Shown one piece after another: positions 38,301 to 49,500 of a DNA stretch of 64,000 nt. Location: contig NW_026515679.1 in NCBI RefSeq assembly GCF_025526975.1, forward strand, positions 682,001 through 746,000, given 5' to 3'. Position numbers and translations under genes: made by a program. The notes under the pieces were generated by a model that was given only the letters and a program-made list of their open reading frames with translations, ran no database searches and was not told the origin of the DNA. This DNA comes from Fimicolochytrium jonesii (taxonomy: Eukaryota). Each line of letters starts with the position of its first letter. The first letter of the stretch is position 1.

Positions 38301-39982
38301 TATTTGAACTCTTGTGCGAAAGTGAGGGAGTGGAAGAAGTTGCTGTTTTCGATATCGTTCTTTCATGCGGTTGCGCAGGAAAGGAGGAAGTTTGGCAGTC
38401 TTGGTTTCAATATTCCTTATGAGTTTACTGAGTAAGTCGTCATACCCCTGGACAACCTTATCCATGCGTATGTGCGATGCTAACGATCCATGATCCATCC
38501 CCACCAGCGGCGACATGCGAATCTGCATCCGCCAACTCAACATGTTCCTCGAAGAATACGACGAAGTCCCATTCAAAGTGCTCAAATACACCGTCGGCGA
38601 GATCAACTACGGCGGCCGCGTCACCGACGACTGGGACCGTCGTCTCATCATGAACATCCTCGAAGACTTCTGCAACCCTAAGGTTCTCGACGACGGGTAC
38701 CGCTTCTCCTCCAGCGACGTGTACTTCTCGATCCCGCCTGACAACTACAACGGGTACCGCAACTACGTCAAGGGACTGCCGATTGAGGAGACAACCGAGA
38801 TATTCTCGATGCATGAGAATGCGAATATTACGTTTGCGCAGAAGGAGACGTTTACGTTGTTTGATACGCTGTTGGCGTTGATGCCGAAGAGCTCGAAGAG
38901 TGCGGGGTCGAAGACGAGAGAGGAGTTGTTGGCGGAGACGGCCGAGTCGATTCAGACGAGGGTGCCGAAGCCGTTCCCGATTGATGCCGTGATGAAGAAG
39001 TTCCCGATTGATTACCGGGAGTCGTGAGTATCGAGTCAATCCACATCTACATCCACATTCATGATCATATCCTGAAATCCCACTCCCATTCCCCACAGAA
39101 TGTCAACGGTCCTAATCCAAGAAGTAATCCGCTACAACCGCCTCCTCAGCACCATCCACTCCACCCTCGTCGAATTGGTCAAAGCTCTCAAAGGCCTCGT
39201 CGTCATGTCCGAAGCCCTCGAACTCACCTGCAACTCCATCTTCATCAACCAAGTCCCGCACGTCTGGGCCGCAAAAGCCTACCCCTCCCTCAAATCCCTC
39301 TCTTCCTGGGTGATCGACCTCATGTCCCGCTGCGAGTTCATCCAGGGGTGGATAAATAACGGGATCCCGGCCATATTCTGGATCTCGGGTTTCTTCTTCC
39401 CGCAGGCGTTCTTGACGGGCACGCTGCAGAATTATGCGAGGAAATATACGTTGAGTATTGATACGCTTGGGTTGGACTTTAGGATTTTGGAAACGAGGTG
39501 GGAGGATGTGGCCCAGAAGCCGCCGGATGGGTGTTATATCCGTGGATTGTATCTGGAGGGCGCGAGGTGGGATGGGGCAAGGAGGAGTTTGGTGGAGAGT
39601 CGGCCGAAGGAGCTGTATACCGAGATGGCTGTCATCTGGATCTTGCCGAGTGAGTGCCCTGAAAAAAAATCCTTCTCGCTGATTTGACATCGTCGCTAAT
39701 CTGTTGACTTTACAGAACCGAATAGGAAGAAGCCAGAAACAGGCATCTACAACTGCCCCGTTTATAAAACGTTGACTCGTGCAGGTTAGTCTCCCGCCTC
39801 ATACCCTAGTTCACCGGAATTCCATATAACTCATCTACCTCCACCAACCTCCAGGAACACTATCAACGACGGGTCACTCCACAAACTACGTCCTGACCAT
39901 CGAACTGCCAACGGAACAACCGCAAGCGCACTGGATCAAGCGCGGGTGTGCGCTGGTTATGTCGCTTGGTTCGGGATGGTAG
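26305..39982 (+). CDS. DNAH1: Axonemal inner-arm dynein heavy chain, DNAH1-like, multi-exon (~4200 aa)
   Basis: DNAH1-type N-terminus [25 protein letters not shown]-loops [40 protein letters not shown]; stalk/[21 protein letters not shown]; ends [13 protein letters not shown]...[17 protein letters not shown]. Confidence 0.95.
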
Positions 39983-40151
39983 ATTGCGGGATGGAAGTTC
40001 TATTTGTAAAGATGTGGACATGTATATAGACGACTTGTATTTTGGGAGTGTATGATCTCATATCGCCTATGCGATATTTGATGAATTAAGAATATGAAGG
40101 ACTACATAATCAGCTATGTTGATTGAACTATCCTACAGCTTGAACGACCTC

Positions 40152-41537
40152 TTAAATGGCAAGTTGATCCATTGGCGACTTCTTCAGAACCGAGAAGTAG
40201 ATCGGACCCCACCCTCCATCTCTATCCGGCAAGATCATCCACCCATGCTTCGTCTTCTCACCCACGGGCCACGCCTTGCTCTTCTTCCGCTTCACCACCT
40301 CCATCACAAAAGCGTCATCGTCAAAATCATCTTCAGTATCCACCGCCTTCCCGGAAGCCTTGCCCCGCTCCTTCTCCAACTTGGCCAAAACCTTCGCCAC
40401 TACGCCGTCATTCTCCTCCTGGCTCAACGAGCACGTCGCGTAAACCACCATTCCGCCCATCTTCACACACCGCACCGCCTCCCTCAATAACGCCATCTGT
40501 CGTTTCGAATTCGCCTTCGTCCGCGCCGGCGTCCACGATAACATCTCCTCCTCGTCGTGCAGTAAATGCCGCTCCCCGCTGCATGGCGCGTCCAGCAGGA
40601 CTTTATCATATGACCCGGCTTCGAAGGCGCCGTCGGAGCTGCCGGATGTGCCGTCGACGCCGGTGAGTTGGATAAAAGCGGCCCCGTTGGCGTCTTTGGT
40701 GGCTTCCGCGAATCCGTCCGGGACGTAACTCTGCAGGACGTTACGGAGACGTTTTCGCCGCTCGTTGGAGATTTCGTTGGCGTGGAGTACGCCGCGTTTT
40801 AGGGGTTTGCCGTCGTCGCCTGCTTTGGGGCCTGAAAGGCTTTGCAATATGCATAAGGATTTGCCACCCGGGGCAGCGCAGATGTCCAGCACTTTGTCCC
40901 CCGGCCGGATGTCAAGTGCTTCGACAGGTAACGCCGACGCCAAATCAAGCAGGTAATGCGTCGCAGTGTTGCGAATGTCCCTCCCAGGAGGCGGGAATGG
41001 CCTCACAACACTAGGCGTACGCACTCCCGGCTCCGGTTTGGCTTCCGGGAGGACAAACAGGCGGCAAGAACGCAGCCATGGCACAGGGGTATATTCAAGC
41101 TGCGATTGCACGGCGGGCGAGTCCTCTGTATATGTATTCTCACTAGCCTCAGCCTTTTTGTTCTGCTGCCGTTGCTGGTGAGACTGCTGTTGAAGGGCTT
41201 TGACCACGTCCAGCGGGTCTGCGTGCCTGTTGACCAGACATGCGTAGCGGGTCGGTTGTCGGAGAGCAGCGAGGAGCGAAATCCATCTATCTTGAGGGTA
41301 AGTGGCGAGGAAGTAGGTGGAAAAGCTTTTGAGCACTGCGAGGAGACGGGAGTGCTGTTTTTGGGGAAGGGTTGAGCTGCGGACGAAGGCTTGCAGAAGG
41401 GCTTCGAGCTCGTCGGGGAAAGTGCTGTCCGACGCTACTGCCGGTGGTGCCGACTCGGCGCCCCGGCCTTCACCGCCGGCCGCCTTTGCCACCGACGACG
41501 ACGATTTTCTCGAGCTAGCCTTCTTTGCGGCAGTCAT
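40152..41537 (-). CDS. NOL1/NOP2/Sun RNA m5C methyltransferase, NSUN3/NSUN4-like, intronless
   Basis: YLLDLASALPVEALDIRPGDKVLDICAAPGGKS, ANE, DKVLLDAPCSGERH, VYATCSLSQEENDGVV, WGPIYFSVLKK. Confidence 0.88.
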   Translation of the reverse strand: MTAAKKASSRKSSSSVAKAAGGEGRGAESAPPAVASDSTFPDELEALLQAFVRSSTLPQKQHSRLLAVLKSFSTYFLATYPQDRWISLLAALRQPTRYACLVNRHADPLDVVKALQQQSHQQRQQNKKAEASENTYTEDSPAVQSQLEYTPVPWLRSCRLFVLPEAKPEPGVRTPSVVRPFPPPGRDIRNTATHYLLDLASALPVEALDIRPGDKVLDICAAPGGKSLCILQSLSGPKAGDDGKPLKRGVLHANEISNERRKRLRNVLQSYVPDGFAEATKDANGAAFIQLTGVDGTSGSSDGAFEAGSYDKVLLDAPCSGERHLLHDEEEMLSWTPARTKANSKRQMALLREAVRCVKMGGMVVYATCSLSQEENDGVVAKVLAKLEKERGKASGKAVDTEDDFDDDAFVMEVVKRKKSKAWPVGEKTKHGWMILPDRDGGWGPIYFSVLKKSPMDQLAI

Positions 41538-41743
41538 GACGAGGTTCCTCTGAGGTTTGTTGGCCCAATGTCGGGTCGAGGTGAAGTGTTTTCACTATTT
41601 ATTCTTCGAAGGCAAACGCGCCAGTGACAAACTCCCCTCGTTTTTTTTCCCAACCTCACACCTCCCGAATTCGGGTTGCAATCGACGACAACGATACCAG
41701 CGACACAGCACAGCAAAGGGATAACGTGCAGTATCCGACGGCC

Positions 41744-42988
41744 ATGGCGGAGGGGAGTAGCAGCGGGTCAGCACCGCCGGCCGAAACAACAGCCCAATGC
41801 GAGTGCCTGGTAGTAAACCCCGACTCCTTCCTCTTCACCGCCGACCCCTACTCCGACGGCAAACCCCTCCCGACCCGCACCGACCACCCCCCACCAACCC
41901 CCACATCCGCCTTCGACCACTCAACAATCCATAACGCCGCCTCCCTCCTCCGCACCGGCTCCGTCGTTGCCTTCCCCACCGAAACCGTCTACGGCCTCGC
42001 CGCCAACGGCCTCTCCCCCACCGCCGTTCGCTCCATCTACGCAGCCAAAGGCCGCCCGAGCGACAACCCCCTCATCCTCCACGTTTCTTCCCTCGCCATG
42101 ATCGAACAGCTCATCCTACCCCCCTCCAACCCCCACATCCCGCAAATATACCACGAGGCCATAAAACAAAGCTGGCCCGGCCCGCTCACCATCCTCTTGC
42201 CCCGTGGCCCAAACGTGCCTCTGGAAGTCACGGGAGGCCATGAAACCGTCGCGGTGAGGTTTCCGTCACATCCCATCGCACGCGCACTCATCGACGCGTG
42301 CGGGTTCCCACTCGCGGCACCATCGGCAAACACATCCGGCCGCCCGTCGCCAACCCTCGCATCCCACGTCTTCTCCGACCTCGCGACCCGCGGCGTGCCG
42401 CTAATTATCGACGGCGGAGCCTGCGGATACGGCGTCGAAAGCACCGTTCTAGACGGCCTATCCTCCCCACCCGTCGTGCTTCGCCCGGGCGGGGTCACAG
42501 TCGAGCACCTCCGCACATTACCAGGTCTGGAAAACTTACGAGTCTACAAGAAAGATTTCGTCGATGGAGCACTGGAAGCCGCGCCGACCACACCGGGGAT
42601 GAAGTATAGGCATTATACGCCCGAAGCTGAGGTCGTCGTGTTTGAACTCCCGGAGGGATCGGAGGATACCCTTGCATTACGAGCGGCGGTGGATACTCAC
42701 GCCGAGGGCCTGCTCGCCACCCTTCCTCCCGCCCAGCGGATCGGGATCCTGCGCACCACAGCCTGCTCATCCCCATCGTGGCCACATGAGAACTCAGATA
42801 AAATAACAACCCTCCAAATAGGCCCAACCCCAACTCTCGTCGCGCACAACATCTTCGCGGCCCTGCGGACGATGGAACAGCGGGGTGTGAGTGTCATATT
42901 AGTTGAAGGTGTCGCCGACGAGAGGGAAGGGTTGGCGGTGATGAATAGGGTTAGGAAGGCTGCCAGTCGGGTGGTTGTTGTTGGGTAG
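41744..42988 (+). CDS. SUA5: Threonylcarbamoyl-AMP synthase Sua5 (t6A), intronless
   Basis: VAFPTETVYGL, AKGRPSDNPLILH, WPGPLT, AAPSANTSGRPSPT, GVESTV, PGMKYRHYTP, AVMNRVRKAA; start gccATGg at 41744. Confidence 0.95.
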   Translation: MAEGSSSGSAPPAETTAQCECLVVNPDSFLFTADPYSDGKPLPTRTDHPPPTPTSAFDHSTIHNAASLLRTGSVVAFPTETVYGLAANGLSPTAVRSIYAAKGRPSDNPLILHVSSLAMIEQLILPPSNPHIPQIYHEAIKQSWPGPLTILLPRGPNVPLEVTGGHETVAVRFPSHPIARALIDACGFPLAAPSANTSGRPSPTLASHVFSDLATRGVPLIIDGGACGYGVESTVLDGLSSPPVVLRPGGVTVEHLRTLPGLENLRVYKKDFVDGALEAAPTTPGMKYRHYTPEAEVVVFELPEGSEDTLALRAAVDTHAEGLLATLPPAQRIGILRTTACSSPSWPHENSDKITTLQIGPTPTLVAHNIFAALRTMEQRGVSVILVEGVADEREGLAVMNRVRKAASRVVVVG

Positions 42989-43545
42989 ATGGGGTTGCGC
43001 CGGTGTTGGGGCGGTTTTGTCTGTAGACATTACATAACTAGATCTTGGAGCTATGCGACCGATAGAGGGCGCCTCTTTGATGGAGACTACGAACATGGGA
43101 ACCATAGTCGGCAATCGACCATGTGTTAAGTGTCGGCCTGCCTGCTTCCGTTTCCACATACACACGAGTTTACATTGAAATCCTGCTCGGATGCAACGAC
43201 GCTGATAATCTCATGGTCAACCATATAATTACATCAAGGCCAGTTCACGTCTCTTTTCCCGACGCCCTTGGATACAAACACTCTCCGTCACGGCTCGAAA
43301 AACACCAAATTCAGCAAGGTCCATCCCATCTCCCTCAAATATACCATACTAAGTAGTTGTGAAATGAATTGCACGGGTTTCACAAGAGCTGGGTTTGCAT
43401 GTCACATCCTTCCACAATCCAGTATAATCGATTTTTCGTTCTCTTCATCCCACCAAGCCTACGGGCACCGCAGAGTTATGATTGGTTGTTCGTAATTACG
43501 CTTTTTTTGCGTGCGTGTATCCCCACTTGTGGGGCCGGACGTTTC

Positions 43546-44650
43546 TTAAAATGTTTCTTCCTCACCGCCAGCGATTGCACTCTCTGCTTGCGCGCCTTCT
43601 CCGCCTTGAGGGATTTCGAAGCCGTCTTCCGTCTGTGCGGATTACAGGTGGGGTGTGGGGAAAAGGGTGAATGAGAGTCGAGATGGTGTAAACTCAAAAA
43701 TGGGGGAACCCGACTCACCTTGTACATGACATCCGAGATATGTTGCAAGACATGGTCATGTGCACCGCCATCGAGCCCAGCCGCCAGCTGCTCCTGCACG
43801 TAAATCTCAATCTCTCTCAACTTGGAAAAATAAAATTCGCGCTCCTTCTCCACTTGCTCCACCGTCAGCTTCGCCTCCATGACCTGCTGCTGCATATCCT
43901 GCAGTGCCTTCTGGTACTCGGCTTCTAGTTCGGCCGTGCGGTCCGACGACGCGGCGGCCGCGCGGCTCAGGCCTCCTGCGTTGGTCGTGCTGCCGCCACC
44001 GGCTCGGGACGCGCGGACGGCGGTTGCCGATGGTGCCTTCTTGAGGGGTGTCCCGAGTTTGTTATTGGAGGTGGTAGTTTTGAATCCTCCTCCCGCCGCA
44101 CCGGCGCCTGCGCCGGCACCCCCGCGACGGGCTACGGCGTCGTAGGTGCCGCCAGGATAGTAGTTGTCCCAGAACCTGCGAGCCATTCCGTTTCGAGTCA
44201 GTTTTGATGACACAACCCCAAGAGCAAAGCAAGACCCTCAATGCGACATTTACTTCTTCACCCATTGCAGGAACTCCAAGTTGTCCTGGAACTTGCACTT
44301 GATGAGCCTCTCGACGGGAATGGCATTGTCGATCTTATGCTTATCGAACGCGTTTTGCAGGATCTTGAAGTTTGCGACGTACTCGTATTCGTGCTTGGCG
44401 TTGAATTTTACTTTGGATACGGGTAGCTAGTGGTGGGTGGATATCGATAAGCAAGGGGTGGTTGGGTAGGTCGGTTGTTCAGGTTCAATTCGGACAATCT
44501 GGATGAGAGACCGGTTTCACTTACGTCACGGTAAATAGAGTCGATGATCTGGCAGTGAGCGGCGCCTGTTCCGCACTGTTCGATCTTGGTGTATCCGAGC
44601 TGGAGCAGGTCGTTGAGCCAAGCGAGGAGTTCCGTTCGTGATTCCCCCAT
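43546..44650 (-). CDS. BIM1: Microtubule plus-end protein EB1/Bim1/Mal3, 4 exons
   Basis: [16 protein letters not shown]...[41 protein letters not shown]; spliced C-terminus ...GGEEETF*. Confidence 0.96.
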
Positions 44651-44931
44651 TGTTGTGTATGTTGTCTTTTGTGTATGGGGTTGTCTGTTTTCGGGGATGC
44701 GAGGGTTGGGTGGTTTGCAAAGGCGTTCAACAACGACGTTCGGACACCAGACGCGGAGGCTTTAAACTGCCGAAGCTGCGTGACTCCACGTGCTTTACCA
44801 ATTAGACTTGTGGAGACTCTCCACGTGACCTGCGTCTGCTCGCTCGGTCCCCAAGACGGCGACGACGACCAACATTCCCCTGTTTGCTCCTCCTACAACT
44901 CTTACTGCCGTAACCCTACGCCTCACCAGCC

Positions 44932-45943
44932 ATGGCCCCCACGGACAAGAAGCAAACTAAGAAGAGCACCCTCAACGAGGTACGCACCGTCCCATAGTAT
45001 CACTTAGTCTCGGTTTTTCGGGAATGCTAAATGGAGTGATTTTTACCACCCAGGTCGTGACTCGTGAATACACCATTCACTTGCACAAGCATGTCTTTGG
45101 CAGGTTCGTTTTCTGCGTCTTGGGATATTTTATTTTCGGCTCGGCTCAGGCGGAGGAATGGGAACTGGATTCGACCGGGAACGGGATCGGGATTACTGTA
45201 CAAAGTTTGGGAGTTTGGGAGAAACCGAGCAGGACATTTGTGTTACATTTCGCAACAACTACTGGGCCAGGAAACTTGAGGGACAGGGTTCGCTTTCGAT
45301 GGGGCAGCACGGGCTTCGGCCGGTTTTGAGAGGTGGAGGAGGTTGGGTCGTATCGGCTGTTCGCGCGGACCGAGTCCTCCGGCGAGGGACTCTGGAGGGA
45401 GGGGGCGAGTGAGGGGAGAGGATTGAGGGGTTGGGAGGGTTGGGTGGAGGCTTTCCGTGGGTCGGGGGACGTGAAATTGAACAGCAAGGAGAAGCTGTGC
45501 GAAACAGAGAGGGGGAAAAGATGAGAAAAAGGGGGCCTACCTCAGTTTCCACCATCCTTAACCTAACTTCATTCCACGCTCCTCACAGGACCTTCAAGAA
45601 GCGCGCCCCGACCGCCGTCAAAGCGATCCGCGAGTTCGCCCTGAAGACCATGGGCACCTCCGACGTGCGCCTCGACCCGTCGCTCAACAAGGCCGTGTGG
45701 GCCCGCGGCATCAAGTCCGTTCCCCACCGCATCCGCGTCCGTCTTTCCCGCCGCCGCAATGACGCCGAGGACGCAAAGGAGAAGCTGTACACGTTCGTTA
45801 CCTTTGTGCCGACTACGAACTTCAAGGGTATGCTTCTTTTTCGTGTTTGCCTTTTGGGATTTTGTTTGTGGGGTAAGTTCTGACTTCCACCTCCTTTTTC
45901 CCGATATTTGACAGGTCTTCAGACCCAAACCGTCGACGAATAA
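44932..45943 (+). CDS. RPL31: 60S ribosomal protein L31; exons 44932-44979, 45054-45103, 45589-45827, 45915-45943
   Basis: [37 protein letters not shown]...[12 protein letters not shown]...[12 protein letters not shown]. Confidence 0.97.
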
Positions 45944-46591
45944 ACGACTGTAGGCGGACCGTAAACAGCATCAACATCCTCCTCCGAACCCCTTTTGATC
46001 CACTAAACCCTCCATATCCGATAAATACACTTACGTCACAATACGGCCCGGTCATATTACGGCTTGGGAATCTTTAGCAAAATGAATTGCTACGCTTCAC
46101 TGCATCGCCATGTGCAGACCGATAATTTGTTGAAGAAATGGGATGGAATGGAATGCCGGAGAGAGTGAAACAGGAATCGAGGGAGCTGTTTGCCATGCCC
46201 GAATGCTGCGTGGGTGGGACCTATGAGGCTTTTTGTCCCCCCGACAGAGTCCGATTTCGGTCCTCTTCCAACCACATCCGCATCCACACCACCCTCCCAT
46301 CCAAAAACCACAGTCAATTCGAAAACCATACTTATAAACCCTTCTCCCCCCAATCGTCAAACCCAGAACAGAAAACAACACATAACTGTCCAACGCAGGT
46401 ACTTGGTATAATAAATGTCCGTGTTGTTCAGGAGAGGATCAGAATATGAGATGCAGAAAAATCGAACCCAAAGAAGAGGTGTGAAAAAAGAACCCAAACA
46501 AGCTACTCCAAATTCGCCTACATTATCTAAGTTTCCGGGTCGAAAAAAAAAGAAAGGTGGAACCGAGAAAGATGCGAGAGAAAGGGGCAGC

Positions 46592-49500
46592 CTATCTATA
46601 CATCTGATTATTACCCATCCCCATCCCCATCCCGCCCATGCCCATGTTCCCCATCATGCCCTGCTGCTGTCCCTGCATCCCCGGCTGCATCCCCGGCTGC
46701 ATTCCCATCTGCCCCTGCTGCGGGTTGATCCCGCCGCCCATATTCATCCCACCACCCATTCCACCCATCCCACCCATCCCACCACCGGTATTATTGAACC
46801 CCATCTGTCCAGGCATGCCCATGCCCATGCCCATGCCCATTCCCATTGGGGTGTTTCCGAACCCAGGTGTGGTGTTGTTGAAGCCGCCCATCATCGGTTG
46901 CTGTTGTCCGAACTGTTGTTGTGGCGGCTGCTGTTGCCCGAACTGCTGTTGCTGTTGCGGTGCACCGCCGAACCCCTGTTGAGGCCCCCTCGCGACGCCC
47001 TGCAAAAAGCCTGCACCTCCCCCTTGCTGTTGTTGGGGGATACCGCCTACACCTCCAAACGCGCTGTTTCGATTTTGTTGTTGATTGGAAAACGCCGAAT
47101 TTGCAGAGGATGTTGATCCGGTGAATGAAAGGGCCGGGCTGGGGAGGCCTGTTGACATGTTCGGTGTGGGGGCGTTGGTGAAGGTGTTTTGTTGGGCGAG
47201 GGCGGGGTTTGAGCGGGATAGGTTTTGTTGTTGTTGGTTTACTAGGGGTAAGAAGATTGGTAAGAAGGGGGGTTGGCTGGGGAGGATAGAATGTTCTTCG
47301 GTACTTACGCTGTTGTGGGTTGGTGAACATGGAAGGCGCCATGGGGTCTAATTCCTTGAACACCGAGTACCGATCGCCGCCTGCACCACGAACATAAAGC
47401 ATACATGAGCACTTCACAAACTGAACCGGCAAAGCCATCTACAAGACAAACAAAACAAGTAGTACATACCACCCTGCGGATTAACGGCTCCACCCTGGAA
47501 CCCACCCAACCCCTGCTGGAACGGCACATTCGGCTGCTGTGGCCTGACATTCCCACCACCGACAGGAATGAACCCCGGCGCGTTCCCTAGGTTGGTAGTC
47601 GCGGGTATCAGCGGTGGCGGCAGGGCCGCCGGGCGGGGTGGTGCCATGACCGGTTGCGGCTGCGGGGCGGCCGCAAAGCTCGTGAGCGGGGGCATCATAG
47701 ACGGCATGCCCAATTGGGGTGGCTGCATCTGCTGTTGTGCTCTCGCCGCAGCAGATTGCTGCGCGGTCAAAAGTGCCTGTTCAGCCTGCTGCTGCACCAG
47801 TGCGGCTTGTCGGGCCGTTTCCTGGGCCTTCATGAGGGCCGCCTGCGCCTGCACTTGGGCGGTCTGCCGGGCCTGTTCTTGCGCTTTGAGGAGTGCTTGT
47901 TGGGCTTGTTGCAACGCGGCTTGCGTCTCGGCCTGTTGTTTGCGCGCCAAGAGGATGGCTTGCTGGTTAGCGGCGTTGTTGACGTTGGCGATCGCAGCGG
48001 CGGCGTTATTGTTTGTGGGTTGTGGTTGTGCGACGCCGGAGGTGACGGGTGGTTTGTTGAGTCCAGATGCGGGGTGGGAGATCGCCCATGGATCGTGAGC
48101 TTTGCTGCTCGCGCCGGCGAGATTGCTGAAGGAGCCGCGGCCGTGGGGCGTGCCGGGAGGAGATGGCTGCGGGGACATGTGACGGCTGCCTGGTCCCGTT
48201 GAGCTGGCTTTTAGAAGATCGGCGGCTTGTTGGATGCTATGGAGGTTTGGACCGGGTGCATTGGGCTTTGAGGCTGATGCGTGAATTTGCGACCTGTCAG
48301 AACCATCACTATACTCTAATATCCCGGGAAGCCAGTACTTACATCGTCGAGGAATTCCGGGCCTACCACCATCCGACCCGCCAGTCTGGGATATCCGAAG
48401 ATAAGAAATGAAGTACCGTCTTACCCAAAAGCACAAAACACCCAAAAGCGGCGAAACCCCTTTACCTGCTGTTTATTCAAAAACATCAAATTATTCTGCA
48501 AAGCCGCATTCTCCTTTTCATTCGCCGCACCCATCGGCTTCCCCTGCCCACTCGACGCCTTCCGAATCCTCAAGATATCACCTTCAGAAACGCCCAAATT
48601 CCTTAACAACTCCCGTTCCAAATCCGGTAAATGCGTCCGGTCCATCTTCTCGCCGACAAACTTCTGTCCGTAAATGACCGCGTCACCAGGTGAAACGCCC
48701 GCGCTGATCAGGAACTCTTTCCAGTCGAAGCCGTTGTAGATGCAGGTGGCGCTCGCGGCGGAGGGGACGGGGACGCTGGCTGCTGCGGCGAGGGTGGCGA
48801 CGCTTGGGCCTGCGCCTCGGGGGCCCGAGGGGTGGGCTGCGGGTCCGTTTGGGACTTGGAGGTGCTCGTTGCCCGGCATCCTGCGAATGATTTCCACGTC
48901 TTTTGGGTCTAATTTCGATAGCGGAACGCCGATTTTGACGCCGTTGGTTTTGTGGAGCTGGACTTCGCCGTTGCCGACGCCAATGTATTCAGCTTCGACT
49001 TTGAAGGTGCCGGATCGGTCTGTCCACCACCGCAGTTTCTTCGGGTCGGGTTTGTCCTGCGTATCTGGTTTGCTGGCCGCTGGTACTTTTCCGGCTCCTT
49101 CGCTTTGTGACGGTTTCGGGAACCCTGAGGTTCTCCCTTGAATTGGCGGCGGTCTGGCAGGAAGAACCGGTGCGGGCGCTGTTACCGATGCAGCCGACGG
49201 CGTTGGACGCGGGAACAGCTGCGGAGCAGATGTGGCTGGGTTCGTGTCGGTTGGGCGATTGGAAGGAATCGCTGGGGTCGGACGGGCTGGGGGTTCGGGA
49301 ACCCCCGGCAGACGTTCAGGAATAGCAGGCGGACGTGGTGGTTGGGCCGGGGGCTCCTGCTTCCGTGTTTGTTCTTCGCGTTGCCTCCGAGCCTCTTCTT
49401 CCCTCTTGGCCTTCTCTTCTTCCTTCCTGGCCTCTTCTTGCTGACGGAGTTGTTTCTCCTGCTGATCGCGGAACCGCTTTTCCTCTTCTTGCTGTCGCAT

